A stretch of DNA of 24,000 nt from assembly GCA_031628995.1 (NCBI GenBank), contig JAVLUO010000010.1:35003-59002 (forward strand), read 5' to 3'. Within the stretch, counting starts at the first letter, position 1; each line of letters begins with the position of its first letter. Source of the DNA: Bacillota bacterium LX-D (lineage in GTDB: Bacteria; Bacillota; DUOV01; Zhaonellaceae). Made by a program: the position numbers and the translations under genes. The notes below the pieces were generated by a model that saw only the letters and a program-made list of their open reading frames with translations, was not told the DNA's origin and did no database searches. Shown in pieces: positions 16,542 through 24,000 of this stretch.

Positions 16542-17027
16542 TTAAACATCCAGTGTTTCAGCAAGGTCTTCACCCAGGACGCGGCAAGCTTTTTCCAGCA
16601 TCTGTCTGGGTATCTGGGTAATATTTTTTAAATCGTCGTAGACTTCGTAGTCGGCAGAGTTCCTTTCAACTTCTTTTTCGTGCCAGTTTCTAGTGTAGAG
16701 CAAATACTTGCCTTTTTTAGTTAGGTAAAGCTCATATTTGACTCCGTGGTTAGTGTCAAAAAAGGCTGCAGTAGTTAATTTATTGCCTTTAGCCAGAAGC
16801 TTGCCAAGAAATTTTATTTTCTTCCAGTTAATTTCCTTTTCTCCCAAGGAGACGTCGCCTATTTTAAGGGTTATTTCTTCCCATTGGTCCGCTGCAGCTT
16901 TTTTTTGCTCCAAATAGTGGCGTAAAGCGTCCACAATAATGTCTGACAGCTGACCAGGAAATTGCTTTTCTGCTTCTTCCAAAACTGGCATGTCTTCGTC
17001 TTTAAAATAAATAATTTTATGGGGCAT
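16542..17027 (-). CDS. Small conserved protein, possibly EXLDI family
   Basis: 161 aa, MPHKIIYFKDEDMPVLEEAEKQFPGQLSDIIVDALRHYLEQKK..., ending ...LAETLDV, which resembles the C-terminal ExLDI signature. Family assignment is from memory of the motif. Confidence 0.55.
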   Translation of the reverse strand: MPHKIIYFKDEDMPVLEEAEKQFPGQLSDIIVDALRHYLEQKKAAADQWEEITLKIGDVSLGEKEINWKKIKFLGKLLAKGNKLTTAAFFDTNHGVKYELYLTKKGKYLLYTRNWHEKEVERNSADYEVYDDLKNITQIPRQMLEKACRVLGEDLAETLDV

Positions 17028-17189
17028 GATCCATCGCCTCTTGTTTCTTTAGTCAATATTATCAATATCTATCTAAAAATAATCTATACTTATCATAATA
17101 TATGTAGCTTAACTGTGTAAAGTTTTCCAGGCTGAAGAAGCCTCTTTTTTCCTTAGCTTAATCGTTAGCTTCATGTGCTGGCTGGCTCT

Positions 17190-17216
17190 TTGATAGGACG
17201 GCATTTATGTTATAAT
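17190..17216 (+). promoter_or_regulatory. Candidate uvrA promoter
   Basis: Extended -10 TGTTATAAT (TATAAT 17211-17216), with TTGATA at 17190-17195 (spacer only 15 nt). Confidence 0.45.
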
Positions 17217-17269
17217 ATACTGATTAGGGATATATTAAGAACTGACAATAAGGGAGTAAAATAGATTAC

Positions 17270-20080
17270 ATGAAAGATAAAATTATTATCAGAGGAGCCA
17301 GGGCACATAATTTAAAAAACATTAATGTAGAGATTCCACGGGATAAATTTGTCGTAATTACAGGGCTGAGTGGTTCTGGAAAATCTTCCTTAGCTTTTGA
17401 CACTATTTATGCAGAAGGTCAGAGAAGGTATGTAGAATCTTTATCTGCGTATGCCCGTCAGTTTTTAGGTCAGATGGACAAACCAGATGTAGATTATATC
17501 GAGGGTCTATCTCCCGCCATTTCTATTGACCAAAAAACTACCAGCAAGAACCCTCGTTCCACAGTAGGGACTGTTACGGAAATTTATGATTACCTAAGGC
17601 TGCTTTTTGCCAGAATTGGACATGTCCATTGTCCAAAATGCGGCAAGCCAATTACTCAGCAAACCGTTTCACAAATGGTAGATACTTTGCTTGATTATCC
17701 GGAAAGAACTAAACTACAAATTTTAGCTCCTTTAGTTAAGGGACGCAAAGGTGAGCATCAAAAGATTTTAGAAAGTATTAAACAGCAGGGCTTTGTCAGA
17801 GTACGGGTAGATGGGGAAATTAGAGAAGCAGCTGAGCCTATTACTTTAGCCAAAAATAAAAAACACTCTATTGAGGTTGTTGTTGATAGGATTATTCTTA
17901 AACCAGGCATTGCTAAAAGACTGGCTGACTCCTTAGAAGTTGCTCTGGGACTTGCTAAAGGTATTGTGTATGTCAATTTAGACGGACAAAAGGATTTAGT
18001 GTTTAGTGCTAATTTTGCCTGTGTAGATTGTGGAATTGGCATTGAAGAAATAAATCCAAGAACTTTCTCCTTTAACAGCCCTTTTGGAGCTTGTGGAGAG
18101 TGCAGCGGATTAGGCTATAAAATGGAAGTAGACCCAACTTTAGTTCTTCCCAACTGGGATTTGTCCCTTAACGAAGGAGCAATTATACCTTGGAGCGGCA
18201 GCAGCAGTTATTACCCTCAACTTTTAACTGCTTTGGCAGACCATTATGATTTTAGTTTAGATACCCCTTTTCGGGAACTATCGGAAGAGGTACAGCAGGT
18301 AATTCTCTATGGATCAAAGGAAAAAATTAAATTTCGCTATCGAGACCAATTCGGACATTCCCGGGCTTGGGAAGGTTTATTTGAAGGGGTAATCCCTAAT
18401 TTAGACCGTCGCTATAAAGAAACTCAGTCCGATTGGGCAAGAAATGACATTGAAGAATATATGAGTACCACACCTTGTCCGGCTTGTCATGGAGCTAGAC
18501 TGCGGCCTGAAGCATTGGCCATTACAATTGGAGAGAAAAACATTGCCCAAGTTACTCAAATGGCAGTTGATGAGTGTTTAGCATTTTTTAATGATCTACA
18601 GATGACGGAACGGGAAAGCTTAATTGCCAAGCAAATTTTAAAAGAGATAAAAGCAAGGCTTGGGTTTTTAAAAGATGTAGGCTTAAATTATTTAACTTTA
18701 AGCCGCTCGGCAGGCACCTTATCCGGCGGCGAAGCTCAGCGTATCCGTTTGGCTACCCAAATAGGTTCCAGTCTGATGGGAGTGCTGTATATTTTAGATG
18801 AGCCCAGCATAGGATTACATCAGCGGGATAATCAACGCCTGATAGAGACATTGAAACATTTACGGGAGCTGGGCAATACTTTAATTGTAGTTGAACACGA
18901 TGAAGATACAATGATCGCTTCCGATTATATTATCGATATTGGCCCTGGAGCTGGCGCTAAGGGTGGAGAAATTGTTGCTGCCGGAACCATTGAGGAAATC
19001 AAAGCAAATACTAACTCCATTACAGGCCAGTACCTAAGCGGGCAAAAAAAGATCCCCATACCGGAAATTCGCCGCCCCGGCAATGGAAATTTCTTAGAAA
19101 TTAAGGGAGCCAAAGAAAATAATTTAAAAAATATTAATGTAAAAATTCCCTTAGGACTATTTAACTGTATAACGGGAGTTTCAGGCTCAGGTAAAAGTAC
19201 TTTAATTAACGAAATTCTATATAAAAAATTAGCAGGGGAACTCTACGGATCTAAATCCAAACCAGGGAAACATGAGTCTATTTTGGGAATTGAAAATTTA
19301 GATAAAGTAATTAATATTGACCAAGCTCCCATTGGACGTACTCCTCGCTCTAATCCGGCAACTTACACTGGAGTCTTTGATGATATTCGCAATACTTTTG
19401 CCGCTACCTCTGAAGCTAAGGTGCGAGGCTATAAAGCAGGGCGTTTTAGTTTTAATGTCAAAGGAGGACGGTGTGAAGCCTGCCGAGGCGATGGAATCAT
19501 TAAAATTGAGATGCACTTTCTCTCGGATGTTTATGTTCCTTGTGAAGTTTGCAAGGGAGCCCGTTACAATCGTGAAACTTTAGAAGTTAAGTACAAAGGT
19601 AAAAGCATTGCCGATGTTTTAGCCATGACTGTAGACGAAGGAGTAGATTTCTTTGCCAATATTCCTAAAATCAATCGGAAACTTAAAACCCTGCAGGATG
19701 TGGGATTAGGTTATATTAAGCTGGGACAGCCGGCAACAACTCTCTCCGGAGGAGAAGCACAAAGGGTAAAACTTGCAACGGAATTGTCCCGCAGAACTAA
19801 TGGCAGAACACTGTATATTTTAGACGAGCCTACTACAGGACTGCATATTGCCGATATTCATAAACTATTGGAGGTGCTGCAGCGCTTGACTGATGGTGGT
19901 GATACAATCTGCGTCATTGAACACAATCTTGATGTAATCAAAACAGCAGATCATATTATCGATTTAGGGCCTGAGGGAGGTTCCGGAGGAGGGCAGATAG
20001 TTGCTGAAGGAACTCCGGAAGAAGTTGCCCAAGTAGCTGCATCCTATACAGGTAAATTCTTGCACAAAATGTTACATTAA
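17270..20080 (+). CDS. uvrA: Excinuclease ABC subunit A
   Basis: 936 aa: [43 protein letters not shown] signature [17 protein letters not shown], zinc-finger CxxC motifs. Confidence 0.98.
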   Translation: MKDKIIIRGARAHNLKNINVEIPRDKFVVITGLSGSGKSSLAFDTIYAEGQRRYVESLSAYARQFLGQMDKPDVDYIEGLSPAISIDQKTTSKNPRSTVGTVTEIYDYLRLLFARIGHVHCPKCGKPITQQTVSQMVDTLLDYPERTKLQILAPLVKGRKGEHQKILESIKQQGFVRVRVDGEIREAAEPITLAKNKKHSIEVVVDRIILKPGIAKRLADSLEVALGLAKGIVYVNLDGQKDLVFSANFACVDCGIGIEEINPRTFSFNSPFGACGECSGLGYKMEVDPTLVLPNWDLSLNEGAIIPWSGSSSYYPQLLTALADHYDFSLDTPFRELSEEVQQVILYGSKEKIKFRYRDQFGHSRAWEGLFEGVIPNLDRRYKETQSDWARNDIEEYMSTTPCPACHGARLRPEALAITIGEKNIAQVTQMAVDECLAFFNDLQMTERESLIAKQILKEIKARLGFLKDVGLNYLTLSRSAGTLSGGEAQRIRLATQIGSSLMGVLYILDEPSIGLHQRDNQRLIETLKHLRELGNTLIVVEHDEDTMIASDYIIDIGPGAGAKGGEIVAAGTIEEIKANTNSITGQYLSGQKKIPIPEIRRPGNGNFLEIKGAKENNLKNINVKIPLGLFNCITGVSGSGKSTLINEILYKKLAGELYGSKSKPGKHESILGIENLDKVINIDQAPIGRTPRSNPATYTGVFDDIRNTFAATSEAKVRGYKAGRFSFNVKGGRCEACRGDGIIKIEMHFLSDVYVPCEVCKGARYNRETLEVKYKGKSIADVLAMTVDEGVDFFANIPKINRKLKTLQDVGLGYIKLGQPATTLSGGEAQRVKLATELSRRTNGRTLYILDEPTTGLHIADIHKLLEVLQRLTDGGDTICVIEHNLDVIKTADHIIDLGPEGGSGGGQIVAEGTPEEVAQVAASYTGKFLHKMLH

Positions 20081-20104
20081 AACTCTACTAGATGAGGTTA
20101 AACA

Positions 20105-21964
20105 ATGGCCGAGGAAAAAATTCTAATTGAAGAAAAATTAAAATTGCTGCCGGAAAAACCAGGGGTTTATCTAATGAAAAATGAGGATGGAGAAATTATC
20201 TACGTAGGTAAAGCACTGTCCTTAAAAAATAGGGTTCGTTCTTATTTTAGAAAAAACTTGGATGCAGGTCCTAAAGTTGAGGCTATGGTCAAGAGGATTG
20301 CTGACTTAGAATGGATTATTACTGATTCAGAAGTAGAAGCCTTAATTTTAGAGTGCAATTTAATTAAAAAGCATCGGCCCAAATATAATATTCGGTTGGC
20401 AGATGATAAACATTATCCTTATTTAAAACTTACTATGCAAGAGGATTTTCCTCGCCTAATTATCACCAGGTCCATTCAAAAAGATGGTGCCAAGTATTTT
20501 GGCCCTTATACTAGAACGGGAGCAATGCATGAGATTTTAAAATTATCCCGAAAAATTTTTCCTTTGCGTACTTGTTCCAACAGTACCTTTGAAAGGCAAA
20601 GCAGACCGTGTTTAAATGCCCATATTAAACGCTGCTTGGCACCTTGTACTGGCCAGGTCAGTAAAGACCAATATCGGGAAACTGCTAAAGCAGCCAGTTT
20701 GTTTTTAGAAGGAAAACAAGAGGATTTAGTTAAATCCTTACAGGAGAAGATGCTGGCAGCAGCGGAAAATTTGGAATTTGAAAAAGCTGCTGCCATTAGG
20801 GATCAGCTGCAAGCTATTCATCAAGCCATAGCTAAACAAAAAATTATTTCCCCGGAACAGGAAAACCAAGATGTAATTGCTATGGCTCGAGGCAGAGGGG
20901 AAAGCTGTTTACAGATTTTCTTCGTCCGCGAAGGAAAATTAATTGGGCGAGAACATTTTATGCTCAATGGTACAGATGGAATGAGCAGAACAGAGGTTAT
21001 GACCGCTTTTCTTAAACAGTATTATAGCAGTGCCCCGGAAATACCTAAGGAAATAATTTTACAAGAAGAAGTTGAAGATGAAGAGCTGATTGCTACTTGG
21101 CTGTCAGACCAAAGAGGACAAAAAGTTTATTTGAAAGTCCCTAAAAGAGGAGAAAAATTAAAGCTAGTAGAAATGGTAGCTAAAAATGCTCTAATGAGTT
21201 TAGAGGAAGAAGAGCTTACCCGTCGAAGAAAAGATATGATGACTAAGGAAGCTGTTCTAGAGTTGCAAAAAGAGCTGTACTTAGCTAAACCTCCCTTTCG
21301 GATTGAGTGCTACGATATATCCAATACCCAAGGCACAAACTCCGTAGGGTCCATGGTTGTCTTTGAAAATGGGGAGCCTAAGAATAGTGACTACCGCAGA
21401 TTTCAGATTAAAACAGTGGAAGGCCCCAATGATTTTGCCTCCATGCAGGAAGTATTAACGAGAAGATTTAAAAGGGCTTTAGCTGAAATAGAAGCAGGGG
21501 AAGAGCAAGGTAAATTCAGCCGTTTGCCAGACTTAATTATTATCGACGGAGGCAAGGGACAGTTAGGAGCAGCTCGGGAAGTTATGAAAAATTTAGGGGT
21601 ATCAGACATTCCTACCTTTGGTTTAGCTAAAGAGGAAGAACTTTTGTTTTCAGAAGGACGACCTGAGCCAATTTTTTTGCCAAGGAATTCTTCAGCCCTC
21701 TATTTAGTGCAGCGAATCAGGGATGAGGCTCACCGCTTTGCTATTAGTTACCATCGGCAGCTAAGATCAAAGAGAGCTTACCAGTCTATTTTAAATGAGA
21801 TTCCAGGCATTGGGGCCAAAAGAAAAAAAGCTTTGCTTAAATACTTTGGTTCCATTAAAAAGATAAAAGAAGCCACCTTGGAAGAATTAGCTCAAGTTGA
21901 AGGAATGAATTATCAAGCTGCCGAAGCAGTACTGGAATATTTGGGAAAACAGGAGCGATCTTGA
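20105..21964 (+). CDS. uvrC: Excinuclease ABC subunit C
   Basis: 619 aa: LKLLPEKPGVYLMKNEDGEIIYVGKALSLKNRVRSYF (GIY-YIG), IECYDISNTQGTNSVGSMVVFENG, LIIIDGGKGQLGAA, IPGIGAKRKKALLKYFGS. Confidence 0.98.
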   Translation: MAEEKILIEEKLKLLPEKPGVYLMKNEDGEIIYVGKALSLKNRVRSYFRKNLDAGPKVEAMVKRIADLEWIITDSEVEALILECNLIKKHRPKYNIRLADDKHYPYLKLTMQEDFPRLIITRSIQKDGAKYFGPYTRTGAMHEILKLSRKIFPLRTCSNSTFERQSRPCLNAHIKRCLAPCTGQVSKDQYRETAKAASLFLEGKQEDLVKSLQEKMLAAAENLEFEKAAAIRDQLQAIHQAIAKQKIISPEQENQDVIAMARGRGESCLQIFFVREGKLIGREHFMLNGTDGMSRTEVMTAFLKQYYSSAPEIPKEIILQEEVEDEELIATWLSDQRGQKVYLKVPKRGEKLKLVEMVAKNALMSLEEEELTRRRKDMMTKEAVLELQKELYLAKPPFRIECYDISNTQGTNSVGSMVVFENGEPKNSDYRRFQIKTVEGPNDFASMQEVLTRRFKRALAEIEAGEEQGKFSRLPDLIIIDGGKGQLGAAREVMKNLGVSDIPTFGLAKEEELLFSEGRPEPIFLPRNSSALYLVQRIRDEAHRFAISYHRQLRSKRAYQSILNEIPGIGAKRKKALLKYFGSIKKIKEATLEELAQVEGMNYQAAEAVLEYLGKQERS

Positions 21965-22767
21965 TGTCTACTTTTAAATTGGTGGCCATTGACCTAGATG
22001 GTACTTTATTAAATAATGATTTACAAATCTCACCCCGGACCCAAGAAGTTATTGCCAAAGTGCGGGAGCAAGGCACGGAAGTTACATTATGTACAGGAAG
22101 AATGTATGCTTCTGCTTTGCCATACGCAGAACAGCTGCAGCTACAGGTCCCCTTAGTTACTTATGGCGGCGCCTTTGTGAAAAGCCCACAGAATGGGGAA
22201 CTAATCTACAATCGAAACTTGCCTGTGGAGTTTGCCCGCAAAGCTTTTGTCATGGCCAAGGAATACGGCTACCATGTTAATGTTTATTACCAAGACAGTT
22301 TATATGTGGAGAAGCTTAATGACAAAGGCAGGGCCTATGCCCAAAGAGTCCGGGTTCCCATTCATGTGGCAGAAGATATGCTGCAATTTTTACAAAAGGA
22401 TCCAATTAAAATGGTTGTCATAGCGGAACCGGCAGAACTTAATGCTTTGCAGCAAGAGTTTATTAAAAAATGGGGAGAGAAAGTCTTTACAACTAAGTCT
22501 GATCCTACTTTTCTAGAGCTCCTTCACCCTCAGGCAACTAAAGGGAAGGGGCTAGAGGCGCTGGCAAATTATCTAGGCTGTGGACAAAATGAAATGATAG
22601 GAATTGGAGACAGCCATAATGATTTAGAAATGTTTAATTATGTAGGTTGTGCAGTAGTAATGGGGAATGCAGAAGAGGAGATTAAGAGAAAAGCTGATTA
22701 TATAACTTGTCAGAATGATGACGACGGGGTAGCAGAAGCCTTAGAAAAACTAATTTTAGACTGCTAA
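21964..22767 (+). CDS. Cof-type HAD hydrolase
   Basis: KLVAIDLDGTLLNNDLQISPRT...GIGDSHNDLEMF; start ATG 21964 overlaps the uvrC stop TGA (TGATG). ORF track starts 3 nt earlier at TTG. Confidence 0.9.
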   Translation: MSTFKLVAIDLDGTLLNNDLQISPRTQEVIAKVREQGTEVTLCTGRMYASALPYAEQLQLQVPLVTYGGAFVKSPQNGELIYNRNLPVEFARKAFVMAKEYGYHVNVYYQDSLYVEKLNDKGRAYAQRVRVPIHVAEDMLQFLQKDPIKMVVIAEPAELNALQQEFIKKWGEKVFTTKSDPTFLELLHPQATKGKGLEALANYLGCGQNEMIGIGDSHNDLEMFNYVGCAVVMGNAEEEIKRKADYITCQNDDDGVAEALEKLILDC

Positions 22768-22782
22768 ACTGGAGGGTAAAAA

Positions 22783-23502
22783 ATGAAATTTGTTGCGGAT
22801 TTACACACACATTCCATTGCCAGCGGCCATGCCTATAGCACCATTCGGGAAATTGCCGAAGCTGCCAAAGATAATGGCATGGAGATGATCGCCATTACAG
22901 ATCATGGCCCAACTATGCCGGGGGCGCCTCATCCTTACCATTTTTATAATTTATCAATTTTGCCCTCTGAAATCTGTGGTGTCCAGGTCCTAAAGGGCAT
23001 TGAAGCTAACATTATTGACGACCAAGGAAATTTAGATTTAGAAAAAGAAGGCTTAGAACGTTTGGATATCGTTTTAGCCGGTCTACATGAAATTTGTTTT
23101 CCGGGAGGTTCTGTAGAGTTTAATACAGCCGCCATAGTTAATGCCATGGCCAGCGGCTGGGTTGATATAATTGTTCATCCTGGAAACCCTGTATTTCCGG
23201 TAGACATTAATAAAGTGGTAGAAGCATCTAAAAAATATAGAGTAGCTATTGAAATTAATAACAGTTCCTTGCGGGGAGTACGGCGGGGCAGCTATGCCAA
23301 CTGTTCAAAATTTGCCTCCTTAGCTGCAGAAAAAGGGTCAAAACTGGTAGTCGGCACGGATACTCATTGGGCAGAAGACGTAGGACGTTTTGATAAGGCA
23401 GCGGAAATACTTTTACAAACAGGGGTTAAACCGGAACAAGTTTTAAATACTTCGGTGGAAAAAGTAAAGTCTTATTTAGCGGAACGGAGAAAGCAGCGTT
23501 AG
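22783..23502 (+). CDS. PHP-domain phosphatase/phosphoesterase, YcdX-like
   Basis: 239 aa: FVADLHTHSIASGHAYSTIREI, AITDHGPTMPGAPHPYHF, VHPGNP, VVGTDTHW; preceded by GGAGGG. Confidence 0.88.
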   Translation: MKFVADLHTHSIASGHAYSTIREIAEAAKDNGMEMIAITDHGPTMPGAPHPYHFYNLSILPSEICGVQVLKGIEANIIDDQGNLDLEKEGLERLDIVLAGLHEICFPGGSVEFNTAAIVNAMASGWVDIIVHPGNPVFPVDINKVVEASKKYRVAIEINNSSLRGVRRGSYANCSKFASLAAEKGSKLVVGTDTHWAEDVGRFDKAAEILLQTGVKPEQVLNTSVEKVKSYLAERRKQR

Positions 23503-23531
23503 AGAATTTTTACTCATGGTTTCCTCCTATC

Positions 23532-23560
23532 TTGACATAATAAGTACTACATAGTAAATA
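23532..23560 (+). promoter_or_regulatory. Candidate promoter upstream of the second PHP-domain gene
   Basis: TTGACA (23532-23537), 17-nt spacer, TAAATA (23555-23560). Confidence 0.5.
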
Positions 23561-23578
23561 ACTGCAAGGAGGACAAAA

Positions 23579-24000
23579 ATGTATTTCTTTGCTGATTATC
23601 ATATGCATACAAAGCACAGTGATGGGAGAGCGACTGTGGAGGAAATGATCCAAGCAGGGCGGGAAAAAGGCCTTGAGGAAATTGCCATTACGGATCATGG
23701 TCCCAAAAATATTGGAACAGGTGTCAAAAATCCGGAACAATACTTAAAGATCAAACAAGAGGTTAAAGAGTTAAACGCTCAATTTAAGGATATTAAAGTT
23801 TTTTGTGGTGCGGAAGCTGATCTAATTGATTTAGATGGAAGTATAGATATACCTAAGAAGATTTGCCGAGAACTGGATTTGCTGTTAGTAGGTCTTCATC
23901 CTTACGTTTGGCCCAAAAATTTTTCTGCTGCAGGAAAGTATGTCCTTGGGAATCAATTGGCTAAATATAGTTCTAAAGTCAAAAGCAAAGTTACTAACAA
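23579..24000 (+). CDS. PHP-domain protein, truncated by window end
   Basis: ATG 23579 with AAGGAGG upstream: MYFFADYHMHTKHSDGRATVEEMIQAGREKGLEEIAITDHGPKNIG... frame open to the window edge; not in the ORF track. Confidence 0.88.
   Translation, partial: MYFFADYHMHTKHSDGRATVEEMIQAGREKGLEEIAITDHGPKNIGTGVKNPEQYLKIKQEVKELNAQFKDIKVFCGAEADLIDLDGSIDIPKKICRELDLLLVGLHPYVWPKNFSAAGKYVLGNQLAKYSSKVKSKVTN

Noticed and set aside
17270-21964. LexA/SOS box and uvrB partner around uvrA-uvrC
   Set aside because: No convincing GAAC-N4-GTTC type box in the uvrA upstream region and no uvrB in the window. uvrB is presumably elsewhere, so nothing unusual is claimed.
22783-24000. The two tandem PHP-domain genes as a possible toxin/defence or polymerase-linked system
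   Set aside because: Both look like ordinary YcdX-type metabolic or housekeeping PHP phosphoesterases next to a HAD hydrolase. Nothing nearby suggests defence.
1-24000. CRISPR arrays, transposons, integrases, phage genes, tRNA/rRNA
   Set aside because: No regularly spaced repeats, transposase/integrase motifs or recognisable tRNA/rRNA cores found by reading both strands. Absence was judged by eye, not by a search tool.

Overview
Bacterial (Firmicutes/Peptococcaceae-like) chromosomal segment. The left half (about 1-12.3 kb, all on the minus strand) looks like a complete anaerobic pathway for the cobamide lower ligand (5,6-dimethylbenzimidazole). It appears as two transcription units, each led by a cobalamin riboswitch. 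Unit A is riboswitch/terminator -> NCS1 permease -> cobS -> cobT -> bzaC-like O-methyltransferase fused to a DUF2284-like Cys-rich domain -> two B12-binding radical SAM proteins (bzaD/bzaE-like). Unit B is promoter -> riboswitch -> terminator -> two tandem ThiC paralogs (bzaA/bzaB-like) -> purF, which runs off the left edge and is missing from the ORF track. The right half (plus strand except one small gene) carries a KimA-like APC permease, glnA with an ANTAR regulator, an EXLDI-like protein on the minus strand, uvrA, uvrC, a HAD hydrolase and two PHP-domain genes. Main leads: purF placed 5 nt behind bzaB under riboswitch control; an NCS1 permease as candidate lower-ligand or precursor transporter; the BzaC-DUF2284 fusion; an unusually long structured expression platform in riboswitch A; a 17-bp perfect hairpin at the predicted 5' end of transcript A; and a possible ANTAR-type hexaloop overlapping a terminator before glnA. 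No CRISPR, phage, transposon, tRNA or rRNA was recognised.
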